The notes under the pieces are model-generated. The model worked only from the letters and a program-made list of their open reading frames with translations, ran no database searches and had not been told where the DNA came from. A stretch of 64,000 bases of DNA from Planctomycetota bacterium (GTDB taxonomy: Bacteria; Planctomycetota; GCA-002687715; CAIWVZ01), in NCBI GenBank assembly GCA_044222185.1, contig JBGANV010000005.1, positions 192,001 through 256,000 of the forward strand, given 5' to 3'. The translations under genes and the position numbers were made by a program. Below are positions 19,444 to 29,589 of this stretch, one piece after another (positions within the stretch are counted from its first letter, which is position 1; each line of letters starts with the position of its first letter).

Positions 19444-22400
19444 CGGCGTGATTCGGCAATCTGTCCCAGAGCGCGATGGCGCACCTGTTCCCAGAACGTG
19501 ATCCACTCCTTGCGCTCGGCCGCGGGCAGCGCGGTCTGGAACACCGGGTCGCGGACGGGGGCAAGATCCGAGCACTCGAGCCATCCCGCCAGACGGGTCT
19601 TCTCGTCGCCGTTGCCGCTGGCGCCGTTCGGCGGCGTCGCACCGAGGTCCTCGCGGAGCCATTCGAGCGCGCGACGGCGCCAGCGCTCGCGCTCGGCGTC
19701 ACCAAGATCGACCGCATCGCCAGTGCGGCCGACGGCCGCCTGCAGCGCCACGCACGCCGCACCGAATGCGTTGTGCTCGCCGGGGCGGTTGAATGCGTCC
19801 GGATCGGATTCGGACATCGCTTCGAACCAACGGGCGGCGAGCACCTGTCGGTTGCGCACGAGCGCAATTCGAATGAACGCCTTGCACTCGAGAGGATCCT
19901 CGGAGGGTGGAATCGATCCCGCCACGCCGTCGAAGCGCTCTTCGAGCTTGAGGACCTCCTCGCACTCGCGAATCCACTGATCCGACGGGTAATCCCACCC
20001 GTCAGCGCGGGCGACTCCGAGTTCGTGCCCGTGCTTCAGCGCGTCCAGGGCCTCCTTGAACCGACCCAGTGCCTGGAGGCCGAGTCCGAGGTTGCACCAG
20101 GCCTTGGCGTGCGTCTTGTCGCAGGTCGTAGCGATCTTGAGCTCCTCGACGGCCTCGTCGACCTGGCCACGAACATGCAGCGCGTTCCCAAGCTGGTAGT
20201 GCGCCGATGCCGACTTGGGGTCCACGCGAACCGCCTCGCGCAGCACGCCGACGGCGGCCGAGACGTCGCCAACCTCGGAGAGGGCGCGCGCCTGATCGAG
20301 CATGAATGCGGTCGTCGACGGGTCGAGTTCCGCGGCTCGTCGAAACTCGGGTAGCGCCTCTTCCGTCCGCCCCATCGAGCAGAGCACGATCCCGAGGTTC
20401 CGGTGCGACATGGGCATGTTGGGGTCGATCTCGATCACCTTCTTGAAGATCGCCAGAGCCTCCTCGTACTTCTGCTGTGAATGAAGGGTCGTCGCCAGGT
20501 TGTTCAGGGCGAAGGTGTTCCTCGGATCGATCTGCAAGGACTTTCGAAGCGCCTCGGCGCCCTCCTCCGTCTTCCCGAACATCACGAGACTCGCACCGAG
20601 GTTCGCCCAGGCGGCCGTGGCGCGTGGTCCCGCCTCGACCGCCTTTCGAGCGTAGTCGACGCCCTCCGCGACGTGACCCTGCTCCGTGAGGAAACCCGCG
20701 AAGTTCGTCAGCAGCATCTCGTCGTGCGGGTTGTCGCGCAGGGCCTGCTCGAACAGCGCGCGGTTGCGCGCCGCGAGTTTCGGGTCGCGCAGTTGGCTCA
20801 GGGCCCACGCGGCGCGGATCGCGATGGAGCGAGAGGCTGGGAATAGCGCGGCGGCCGCATCCATCGTCTCCAGGAGGACACCGCGGTCGCGCACGTGGCC
20901 CGCCGCGTGGATGCGCAGGTCGTAGAGATTCACGCGAGGATGCGGTGAAAGGAGGATCGCCTGTGTCGCGTGGTGTACCGCGCGACGGAAACCGGCGGTC
21001 TCCCCAGCCTCGCCGCTATTCAGCGCTCGCTGGGCGAGCAACAGGTGGTCGAGGAGGTTCCGCGGCTCCGGCGCGCCAGCGAGCTCCGCCGCGGCCTCCT
21101 CCTTCCGTCCGAGGCGAAACAGAGCATCGGACCGCAACGAGTGCCAGGCCGTCCCGCGACCGAGCACGTCGCCTGAGGCGTCGACGCGGGCCAGCGCCTC
21201 GCCCGCCCGTCCACTCCTCAGGTGAGCCATCACGACGCCGGCGGCGGCCTCGGGCGAGCCGCCCTCCATCGAGAGCACTTCCTCGAACAGAGTCAGTGCC
21301 CGCTCGGGGCTGCCTTCGGCGACCTCGAACGAGGCGCGGGCCAGAAGCTCATCCTTCGCCTCCGCCAGCTCCGCGACACGCGCGACTTCGACCTGCCGTC
21401 GGTTCTTCAGGTGGACGGCGGTCAGCGCCGCGATCGTCGGAAGCGCAACCAGCAGCACGCCCAGCAGCGCCGCCTTCACGGGTTCGCGACGCGCCCAGCG
21501 CAGGGCACGGCCCAGTGGCCCCACGGGCCGTGCGCGGATCGGTCGCGACTCCAGGACCCGACGCAGGTCGTCCGCCAGGTCGGCGGCGGTCTGGTATCGG
21601 CGGTCCCGGTCCTTCGACAACGCGGTCGCGAGAACGATCTGGAGGTCACGCGGGCAACTCCGGTTGAAGCGCCGCGCGTCCACGGGCTCCTTGCCTACGA
21701 TCGCCTGGTAGAGCCCCTCGCGCGTCGGGGCGTCGAACGGACGCCGCAAGGTCACCGCCTCGTACATCGTGACCCCGAGCGACCAGACGTCCGTACGGCG
21801 GTCGAGGCGGATCCGATGCGCCACGATCTGTTCCGGCGACATGTACGCCGGCGTTCCGAAGAAGTCCCCCGTCTTCGTGAGGGTCGGTGAATCGCTCTCG
21901 ACTTCCCGCGCGAGACCGAAGTCGAGGATGACCGGATCACCGTCGACGGTCACCATGACGTTGCCCGGTTTCACGTCGCGGTGGATGATGCCCACCTCAT
22001 GCGCCGCGTGGAGTGCTCGCGCGCACTTCTCGAAGAGGCGGATGACGCGTCCTACCTGCTGCTGCGTCACCGACGCTGGCGCGAGCCCCACGGCTCCACG
22101 GGGCTCCATCTGGGTCCGATCGCTCGCGTCGCCGAGAGCCACGCACGTCACGCTCGCGTCGGCCGACGCGGCTTCGCGTGCGACGGAGATCTTCTTCGCG
22201 AGCGTCTCACCTTCCACGAGCCCCATGGCGATGAACGGAACCCCAGCCGCCATCCCCGTGTCGTAGATGGTGCAGATCCCGGGATGCGCGAGGCGGGATG
22301 CGACCTCGGCCTCACGGCGGAATCGCTCGATGGCGGCGATGTCGGCGAGCCCGACTCCGGTGAGAACCTTCAGGGCGACCTTGCGGCGTAGGCGCGAGTC

Positions 22401-22688
22401 CTCGGCGAGGTAGACCGTGCCTTGTCCTCCGCTGCCGAGCGTGGAGAGGATCCGGTAGGGCCCGATGTGCGTCGCCGACGCCGGGTGGGAGTCGATCGGA
22501 CGCGCGGGAACGGCGCCCAGGCCCTCGCCGCGCACGGCGAAGTACTCGCGAGCGACGTCGACCTCGTCGTTGGGGAACAGCCGCAAGTACTCCCACAACG
22601 GGCGGAGGCAGTCTCCGGCCATGTCGGCCTGGAGTTGCTCCCGGAGGGCTTCGGCCTCGGACCCGGATTGACTGCTCTCGATTGCCAT
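19440..22688 (-). CDS. Hanks-type Ser/Thr protein kinase with TPR repeats
   Basis: GSGGQGTVY, VALK, HRDVKPGN, DFGLA, GTPAYMSPEQ, DVWSLG; a hydrophobic segment followed by many TPRs. Confidence 0.95.
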   Translation of the reverse strand: MAIESSQSGSEAEALREQLQADMAGDCLRPLWEYLRLFPNDEVDVAREYFAVRGEGLGAVPARPIDSHPASATHIGPYRILSTLGSGGQGTVYLAEDSRLRRKVALKVLTGVGLADIAAIERFRREAEVASRLAHPGICTIYDTGMAAGVPFIAMGLVEGETLAKKISVAREAASADASVTCVALGDASDRTQMEPRGAVGLAPASVTQQQVGRVIRLFEKCARALHAAHEVGIIHRDVKPGNVMVTVDGDPVILDFGLAREVESDSPTLTKTGDFFGTPAYMSPEQIVAHRIRLDRRTDVWSLGVTMYEAVTLRRPFDAPTREGLYQAIVGKEPVDARRFNRSCPRDLQIVLATALSKDRDRRYQTAADLADDLRRVLESRPIRARPVGPLGRALRWARREPVKAALLGVLLVALPTIAALTAVHLKNRRQVEVARVAELAEAKDELLARASFEVAEGSPERALTLFEEVLSMEGGSPEAAAGVVMAHLRSGRAGEALARVDASGDVLGRGTAWHSLRSDALFRLGRKEEAAAELAGAPEPRNLLDHLLLAQRALNSGEAGETAGFRRAVHHATQAILLSPHPRVNLYDLRIHAAGHVRDRGVLLETMDAAAALFPASRSIAIRAAWALSQLRDPKLAARNRALFEQALRDNPHDEMLLTNFAGFLTEQGHVAEGVDYARKAVEAGPRATAAWANLGASLVMFGKTEEGAEALRKSLQIDPRNTFALNNLATTLHSQQKYEEALAIFKKVIEIDPNMPMSHRNLGIVLCSMGRTEEALPEFRRAAELDPSTTAFMLDQARALSEVGDVSAAVGVLREAVRVDPKSASAHYQLGNALHVRGQVDEAVEELKIATTCDKTHAKAWCNLGLGLQALGRFKEALDALKHGHELGVARADGWDYPSDQWIRECEEVLKLEERFDGVAGSIPPSEDPLECKAFIRIALVRNRQVLAARWFEAMSESDPDAFNRPGEHNAFGAACVALQAAVGRTGDAVDLGDAERERWRRRALEWLREDLGATPPNGASGNGDEKTRLAGWLECSDLAPVRDPVFQTALPAAERKEWITFWEQVRHRALGQIAESRR

Positions 22689-22771
22689 GTGGTCCCCGCG
22701 TCAACGCACGAGGCCAAGAGAGTAATCGCGACGAGGGCTCGGCACCACGCAGAGGCGCACGGGAGCCGCAG

Positions 22772-24247
22772 TCAGGCGATGAGATCCTCGACGACCCGGC
22801 CCGACACGTCCGTCAAGCGGTAGTCACGGCCCTGGTGGCGGTACACGAGTTTCTTGTGATCCAGGCCCAGGAGGTGAAGCATCGTCGCGTGCAGGTCGTG
22901 CGCGTCCACCGGGTTCTCGACGATGTTGTAGGAGTAGTCGTCCGTCTTGCCGTAGGTGATCCCGCGCTTCATCCCGCCGCCGGCGAGCCAGACGGTGAAA
23001 CATCGGGGATGGTGGTCGCGCCCGTAGTTCGTGGGAGTGAGCGTCCCCTGGCTGTAGACGGTGCGGCCGAACTCGCCTGCCCACAGTACGAGCGTGTCCT
23101 CCAACAGTCCTCGACGGGCGAGATCCGTGATGAGCGCGGACTGCGCCTGATCGACGGCACTCGTCTGTGCCTTGATCTCGCGCGGCAGGTTGTTGTGGGC
23201 ATCCCATCCACGCATGTACAGCTGGATGAACCGTACCCCGCGCTCCGCGAGCCGCCGCGCGAGGAGGCAGTTCGCGGCGAACGACCCGGGCTTCGTGACG
23301 TCGGGGCCGTAGAGCGCCAGGGTCTCCGGCGTCTCCTTCGACAGGTCGGTGAGCTCGGGCACCGACATCTGCATCCGATAGGCGAGCTCGTATTGGGAGA
23401 TCCGCGTGCTGATCTCGGGATCCAGCGTGCGGGCCTGCTCCTGCGCATTCAGGTCGGCCACCAGGTCGAGCATGCGCCGGCGGTCTTCACGTGTGACGCC
23501 GTTCGGATCGGAGAGATAGAGGACCGGGTCACCAGCCGAACGAAGTTTGCATCCCTGGTGCTGGCTCGAGAGGAACCCGCTTCCCCAGAACCTGGCGGAG
23601 AGGGCTTGCATGTTCCCCAAGCCTTGCGTGATGAGCACCACGAACGTCGGCAGGTTCTCGTTGGCGCTGCCGAGCCCGTAGCTCACCCACGACCCGAACG
23701 ATGGTCGGCCCGGCTGCTCGTTGCCCGTCTGGAAGAACGTGATCGCCGGTTCGTGGTTGATCGCGTCCGTGTGCATCGAGTGGATGAAGCACAGCTCCTT
23801 CGCGACCTTCGCGGTATGCGGGAGAAGCTCGCTGATCCAGACTCCGTCCTGAGCGTTGTCGTACCGCTCGAATTTGAAGATCGACGGGGCGATCGGGAAC
23901 CGTGACTGCCCGCTCGTCATGCCCGTGAGGCGCTGCCCCTGACGAATCGAGTCGGGCAGGTCTTCGTCGTAGCGCTTCTTCAACTCAGGCTTGTAGTCGA
24001 AGAGATCGAGCTGGCTCGGCGCACCCTCCATGTGGAGGTAGATCACGCGTTTGGCCTTGGCCGCGAGCGACCGCGGCAGACCCGGAGGCACGGCGGCCGC
24101 GACAGCCCGAGCCGGCGCGGCTTTCGCCAGCAGCGAAGCGAGCGCCACCGATCCCAGGCATCCGCCGATGGAACGCGCGGCAGTCCCGAAGAAGCGGCGG
24201 CGCGTCATGCCGAGCGCGAACTCGTCCATCGGGTCGGTGGGGTTCAT
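22772..24247 (-). CDS. DUF1501 family protein (Tat-type leader)
   Basis: TRRRFF leader; AKRVIYLHMEGAPSQLDLFDYKP; GEFGRT; GRDHHP. Confidence 0.93.
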   Translation of the reverse strand: MNPTDPMDEFALGMTRRRFFGTAARSIGGCLGSVALASLLAKAAPARAVAAAVPPGLPRSLAAKAKRVIYLHMEGAPSQLDLFDYKPELKKRYDEDLPDSIRQGQRLTGMTSGQSRFPIAPSIFKFERYDNAQDGVWISELLPHTAKVAKELCFIHSMHTDAINHEPAITFFQTGNEQPGRPSFGSWVSYGLGSANENLPTFVVLITQGLGNMQALSARFWGSGFLSSQHQGCKLRSAGDPVLYLSDPNGVTREDRRRMLDLVADLNAQEQARTLDPEISTRISQYELAYRMQMSVPELTDLSKETPETLALYGPDVTKPGSFAANCLLARRLAERGVRFIQLYMRGWDAHNNLPREIKAQTSAVDQAQSALITDLARRGLLEDTLVLWAGEFGRTVYSQGTLTPTNYGRDHHPRCFTVWLAGGGMKRGITYGKTDDYSYNIVENPVDAHDLHATMLHLLGLDHKKLVYRHQGRDYRLTDVSGRVVEDLIA

Positions 24248-27200
24248 AGATTCGTCGTCGTCCGGTAGAGGTTGAGCTCGGCGCTCGCCACCATGGTCCA
24301 CGCGGCGAGTTCAGCGGGGTCGACATCCGTCGCGGCCGGTGCCATGCCCACGCCGATCAATGCTGAGGCGTCCTTCGGCGACGCGCGAAACCGCCGGCGA
24401 AACCCGTCGAGGGCTTGAGCCAGCGCCGCGCGCTCGCGGGAGTCCGGCTCCGCGCCCGTGCACGACCGATGCAGCGTCGCGAGGCGCGCCTCGTCCGACG
24501 TCGCCCCTTTCAACGCACGCGCCGCGAGGACCCGCGACGCTTCGACGAATTGCGGGTCGTTCCACAACACCAGGGCCTGGAGGGGCGTGCTCGTGGAGCT
24601 CCGCCGAATGACACAGGACTCGCGCGTCGGAGCGTCGAACGTGAGGAGCGACGGCGGAGGCGCGGCGCGCTTCCAATAGGTGTAGAGGCTGCGCCGCCAG
24701 AGCCCCTCCCCCGAATCCTGCTCGTAGATGCGCGTGTTGGACGCGGGCATGGCGACTTCCTGCCAAAGACCCGGCGGCTGGTAGGGCTTGACCGATGGAC
24801 CGCCGAAACGCTCCACGAGAAGGCCCGAGAGGTAGAGGGCCTGGTCTCGCAACTGCTCGGCCCCCAGCCGTCGCGCGGGGTACACCGCGAGGAGTCGGTT
24901 GTCCGGGTCGACCTCGCGCACGTCCTTCCGCACCGTCGAGGACTGCTGGTACGTGGCGCTCGTCACGATCGAACGAACGAGTTTGCGCGTATCCCAGCCG
25001 CTCTCGCGATATTCCACGGCGAGCCAGTCGAGCAGTTCGGCGTGAGTCGGCGACTCGCCCTGTGAGCCGAAGTCCTCGCTCGTTCGCACGAGTCCAGCGC
25101 CGAACAGGGCCTCCCACCATCGATTGACCGCGACGCGCGCCACGAGCGGGTTGTCCTTGGAGACGAGCCAGCGCGCGAGCGCGAGTCGGTCGACGGTCGT
25201 GCCTGCGGGGATCTTCCCCAATGCGGCGGGGATGCCTCGCGTGACCGGACGATTGCGGTCGGGCTTGTCGTACTGCCCGCGGGTGAGCACGAACGTCGCG
25301 CGGGCCATGGGAAGTTCCTTCATCACCATGGCCTTGGGGATCTTCGCCTCCGTGTCCGCGATGTCCCGGCCAAGCGCCGCGATCCGCTCCTCGCGCTCGC
25401 GGAACTCACTCGAGAACGCCACGCGCCATGCGCGGGCCATTCGCGTCGAGAGCTCTTGGGTCACTGCGAATCCCGGCAGCAGGGCCGCCGCGAGATCGTG
25501 CGGCAGCACCGCCGCCGCGGGCTTCTGGCGAAAGTAGACGCCGGCGTCCCCGCCCGTGTTCACGATCTTCATCACGAGGAAGTTCAGTCCGGGCTGGAGG
25601 TCGATCGTGGCCTGATCCTCGTCGACCTTGAGGCTGCGGTCGATGTTCTTGCCCGCGACCTCCTTGCCGTTCACGAAGAGCCGGAAGCCGTCATCGCTCC
25701 CGAGTCCCACGTCGAGCTTGCGTGCCGTCGGTGAGTAGATCTCGCGACCGAGGTACGTGGCGCCGGTGCCTCCAGCGAGACCATTGGCGACGCCATCCTC
25801 GACGTCTGGGCGGCGGGACCAGTACCGGTTCCCGAATCCGAAGTTCTTCTTGAGGTCGAGCCGCGTTGCAGTCTCCGGGCCGAAGGCACGGTCGTAGACG
25901 GAGACGTCCGAGTCCGGGGGGATCGGCCCGACGGCGTACCAGTCGCTCGTCGCGACGGGCAGCCGTGACGCGTCGGCGAGGCGCCCGAGGCTCAGGCGAA
26001 CGCGACCGAACGCGTGCTGCGCATAGATCGACTCGTATCGAATGCGGACCACGACCTGCGCCGGGCCGGCCTTCGCCAGCGGTTCGGCAGTGAGGACCAT
26101 CAATCGCCGGTTCCCGGCCTGCCGATGGGCATCGACGGCCCATCCGCGGTCCGTGTTTGCGGCGCCGCGCAACACGTTCGTGGGCCCGAAGTCACCATCA
26201 GGTTGAACCACGTCGGCCCAGATCCACTGAACGGGGATCTTGCGCGCGTGCCCCGGGTCCGCGGTCTCGGCACTCTCGACCTCGACCCCAGTGACGACGG
26301 CGTTCCCGTTTGGAGAACGACCGACGCGGCCAAAGGGAAGCGACGGATCGCCGAGCGCCTCCAAGAGCACGAGTCGCAGATCGTCACCACCCCGCGGAAC
26401 GTCGAGCGTGATCTCCTGCACGTCACGATCGGGGTTCTTGCCTGAAGCGAGGATCGAGCGATCCGGCTGGAGGGCCAGGTCCGCGCCCCCGGATGACCTC
26501 GCCGAGACGACGCGAGGCTCCTCCCACGACAACGAAAGCTCCTTTGGGAGAGCGGCGTCGAAAGCGCGGCGTTCTTCGTCGGCCTTCGGCGACGACTCCT
26601 GCTGCTTCCGTGCGAGCACCTTCACTTCGGCGCGTGCGCGGGCGATCGCCTCCGTCTGTTCGGGCCGCGGCACCGAGATGAACGGCTCGTAGGCGCGGTT
26701 CGAGTCCGGCGTCTGGCTGTAGAGGCCCGGCTCGTCCACCGAGTTGAAGAACGCGTAGAACCCGTAGAACTCGGCCTGGCTGATCGGGTCGAACTTGTGG
26801 TCGTGACAGCGGGCGCAGCCGAGCGTGAGGCCCAAGAGTGCCGACGCCGTCGTGGTCGCCCGATCGACGGCGTACTCGACGAGGTACTCCTCGGCGATGG
26901 CGCCCCCTTCATCCGTCGTCACGTGATTGCGGTTGAACCCCGAGGCGACCTTCTGATCGAGCGTGGCGCCCGGCAGCAGGTCACCCGCGATCTGCTCGAC
27001 GACGAACTGATCGAACGGCATGTTGTCGCGGAACGCGCGGAGCACCCAATCGCGCCAAGGCCATTGCTGGCGCCCGCCGTCGGTGTGGATCCCACAGGTG
27101 TCGGCGTAACGAGCCGCGTCGAGCCATGGGAGCGAGAGCCGCTCGGCCATGCGGGACCGGTACGGCTCCTCGTTCATGATGCGATCGACGCGACGCTCGA

Positions 27201-27855
27201 ACGCATCCGGTTGCGGATCCGCGAGGAACGCGTCCATCTCGGCAGTCGTGGGAGGCAGGCCCGTCAGGTCGAGAAACAAACGACGAAGCAGCGTCGCACG
27301 GTCCGCGGGCGCGGACGGCGTGAGGCGGTTCGCTTCGAGCTTGGCCAGCACGAACGTGTCGATGGGATTTCGCGGCCAGTTGGCGGCCTTCACCGCCGGA
27401 AGCAGGGGCCGCCGAGGCGGAACGAAGGACCAGTGCGGCTCGTAGTTCGCGCCCTGCTCGATCCAACGGCGAATCAGGAGCTTCTCGTCGGCCGACAGGG
27501 GTTTTCGGTTGCTGTCCGGCGGGGGCATCGCGAATTCCGGGTCATCGGCGGTGATCCGACGCCAGACTTCGCTCTGGTCAGGCCAGCCGGGGAAGATCGC
27601 ACGCGGCCCCGGGCGATCCGCCGTGGCGGAAGCAGGGTCGTCGAGCCGCAGGTCCGCCTGCCGCCGCTCGCCGTCAGGGCCGTGGCAGATGAAGCATCGA
27701 TCGGACAGCAGGGGCCGGATCTGCCGGTCGTAACTCACGGCCTCGCTGGCCGCCCCAAACCCGGTTCCGGGCAGGGAATGGGCCTCATCGCGGTCGGTCG
27801 TCTCGACCGCCCCGACCGACGCCAACCCGGCGATCAACAACAAGCTCCACTTCAC
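24244..27855 (-). CDS. Planctomycete cytochrome c / DUF1549 / DUF1553 protein with a PA14-like insert
   Basis: IRPLLSDRCFICHGPD; WLDAARYADT; CARCHDHKFDP; GSDDGFRLFVNG; WRRSLYTYWKR; TPLQAL. Stop overlaps the DUF1501 start; the start codon is uncertain. Confidence 0.92.
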   Translation of the reverse strand: MKWSLLLIAGLASVGAVETTDRDEAHSLPGTGFGAASEAVSYDRQIRPLLSDRCFICHGPDGERRQADLRLDDPASATADRPGPRAIFPGWPDQSEVWRRITADDPEFAMPPPDSNRKPLSADEKLLIRRWIEQGANYEPHWSFVPPRRPLLPAVKAANWPRNPIDTFVLAKLEANRLTPSAPADRATLLRRLFLDLTGLPPTTAEMDAFLADPQPDAFERRVDRIMNEEPYRSRMAERLSLPWLDAARYADTCGIHTDGGRQQWPWRDWVLRAFRDNMPFDQFVVEQIAGDLLPGATLDQKVASGFNRNHVTTDEGGAIAEEYLVEYAVDRATTTASALLGLTLGCARCHDHKFDPISQAEFYGFYAFFNSVDEPGLYSQTPDSNRAYEPFISVPRPEQTEAIARARAEVKVLARKQQESSPKADEERRAFDAALPKELSLSWEEPRVVSARSSGGADLALQPDRSILASGKNPDRDVQEITLDVPRGGDDLRLVLLEALGDPSLPFGRVGRSPNGNAVVTGVEVESAETADPGHARKIPVQWIWADVVQPDGDFGPTNVLRGAANTDRGWAVDAHRQAGNRRLMVLTAEPLAKAGPAQVVVRIRYESIYAQHAFGRVRLSLGRLADASRLPVATSDWYAVGPIPPDSDVSVYDRAFGPETATRLDLKKNFGFGNRYWSRRPDVEDGVANGLAGGTGATYLGREIYSPTARKLDVGLGSDDGFRLFVNGKEVAGKNIDRSLKVDEDQATIDLQPGLNFLVMKIVNTGGDAGVYFRQKPAAAVLPHDLAAALLPGFAVTQELSTRMARAWRVAFSSEFREREERIAALGRDIADTEAKIPKAMVMKELPMARATFVLTRGQYDKPDRNRPVTRGIPAALGKIPAGTTVDRLALARWLVSKDNPLVARVAVNRWWEALFGAGLVRTSEDFGSQGESPTHAELLDWLAVEYRESGWDTRKLVRSIVTSATYQQSSTVRKDVREVDPDNRLLAVYPARRLGAEQLRDQALYLSGLLVERFGGPSVKPYQPPGLWQEVAMPASNTRIYEQDSGEGLWRRSLYTYWKRAAPPPSLLTFDAPTRESCVIRRSSTSTPLQALVLWNDPQFVEASRVLAARALKGATSDEARLATLHRSCTGAEPDSRERAALAQALDGFRRRFRASPKDASALIGVGMAPAATDVDPAELAAWTMVASAELNLYRTTTNL

Positions 27856-28055
27856 GCGATGGACTCGACCCGACGAGCGGGACGCGAACCAGGAGGCAGG
27901 CAACGTTCTCGGCGGTCGCCGAGTCTGGGCCCACCCGTTGGGTCTGTCAACGAAGAACGCGCGCGCAGCAAGATCCGTAAGCGGCCTTCGCGGCTCGCTT
28001 CGCCGACCTCGTCATCGGGCCTCCTGCTGCGATCGCGTCGCGCTGATTTCCACCG

Positions 28056-28085
28056 TTGACAGCGGGATTTCAGCCGGACTAAGGT
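28056..28085 (+). promoter_or_regulatory. Putative sigma70 promoter for the Kelch gene
   Basis: TTGACA-N18-TAAGGT about 80 bp upstream of ATG 28167. Confidence 0.45.
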
Positions 28086-28166
28086 TCGGCCCAGCACGGC
28101 GAGGAACACCACCGCAGGCCCTGCGGTTCCGCCGGCAACCCGACGCCTGACGTCATCGGAGTTCCC

Positions 28167-29555
28167 ATGTCCGTTTCCAGACGCTTCTCTCGTGCGGCCC
28201 TATGTGCCGCTTTCATCGCCACGCTCTCCTGCGCTCAGACTTGGACTCAGTCAACCCCCACGGCCTCGCCATCCGCGCGGCGCTCCGCCGCAATGGCGTA
28301 CGACCCGAACCTCGGGAAGTGCCTCCTCTACGGCGGCCTCGCCACTGGGCCGACGACGATCCTCGGCGACGTCTGGGCCTTCGATGGAGCGACGTGGGCA
28401 GCAGTGCCGTCCGCGACGACGCCGCCGCCGCGTTGGGGCCATCGCGTGGTCCACGACACTCATCGCAACCGCCTGGTGACCTTCGGCGGGCGCTCACCGA
28501 CCATCACTGCCAACGCCAACGACACGTGGGAATGGGACGGTGTCAACTGGCAGCAGGTGTTCCCCACGGTGTCGCCGTCGGCGCGCGCGTTCTACAGCAT
28601 GGCCTTCGACGAGCGGCGTGGAAGGACCGTGATCTTCGGGGCGCAGATCCCGACCACAGGCGGCCAGACGTGGGAGTACGACGGCACCACGTGGACGCAG
28701 GTCATCACCCCGACCGCCATCCTCGGCCGAGAGACCCCCGCCATGGCCTACGACCGGGGCCGTGGAGTGATCGTGCTCTTCGGTGGCTGGTACGCCGCGT
28801 CGCCCGCCACGATGTACAACGACACCTGGGAGTATGACGGCGTCGATTGGCGCCAGGTCATCACGCCGACGGCGCCGACGGCCCGGTACCGCGCCGCGTT
28901 CGACTACGACGACAGCCGCGGGCGACTCGTCCTCTACGGAGGGTTCGGCAACGCGACCGCACTCACGGATACCTGGGAGTTCGACGGAACGACGTGGACC
29001 CAGACGGCGTCGACGGGCCCGGTGAAGAGCACGGAGTGCATGATGGCGTTCGACCCGACCCTCAACGAACACGTGCATTTCGGCGGCAGCGGTCCCACGG
29101 GGACGAGTGCGGAAACCTGGAGGTACACGGGGGCGTACACCGCGCTCTTCAATCCATTCGGCAAGGGGTGCATCGGGACGGGCGGAACCCCGGCGATCCA
29201 GGCGATCTCACTGCCAATCCTCGGACAGACGTTCGCGCTGAACGTCGTGAACCTTCCGCCGGCGGCTGCGTTCACCACTCTCATCGTCGGGTTCGACAAC
29301 CAGAACGGGCCGTTCGGTCCGCTGCCGTTCGACCTCGGAGTCTTCGGCCTCACGGGCTGCCGACTCGAGACCAACCTCGATCTGTTGCTGCCGCTCCCCG
29401 CCGTCGGTGGTGCCGCGACGATCAGCGTCGGGCTGCCGCTCGACCCACTGCTCGCTGGAGCGGTCTTCTTCACTCAGGCATACACCGACGACGTGCTGTG
29501 CCCGAACGGGATCGGAACGACGAGCGCCGCGGGACGCGGCGTGATCGGGTTCTGA
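28167..29555 (+). CDS. Secreted Kelch-like beta-propeller protein with a conserved C-terminal domain
   Basis: Signal peptide; about 6 repeats of P.AR...MAYD..RG..VLFGG...DTWEYDG..W. Confidence 0.88.
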   Translation: MSVSRRFSRAALCAAFIATLSCAQTWTQSTPTASPSARRSAAMAYDPNLGKCLLYGGLATGPTTILGDVWAFDGATWAAVPSATTPPPRWGHRVVHDTHRNRLVTFGGRSPTITANANDTWEWDGVNWQQVFPTVSPSARAFYSMAFDERRGRTVIFGAQIPTTGGQTWEYDGTTWTQVITPTAILGRETPAMAYDRGRGVIVLFGGWYAASPATMYNDTWEYDGVDWRQVITPTAPTARYRAAFDYDDSRGRLVLYGGFGNATALTDTWEFDGTTWTQTASTGPVKSTECMMAFDPTLNEHVHFGGSGPTGTSAETWRYTGAYTALFNPFGKGCIGTGGTPAIQAISLPILGQTFALNVVNLPPAAAFTTLIVGFDNQNGPFGPLPFDLGVFGLTGCRLETNLDLLLPLPAVGGAATISVGLPLDPLLAGAVFFTQAYTDDVLCPNGIGTTSAAGRGVIGF

Positions 29556-29589
29556 CCGACGCACGCGCCGGCTGCACGGCGGCGCGCGC

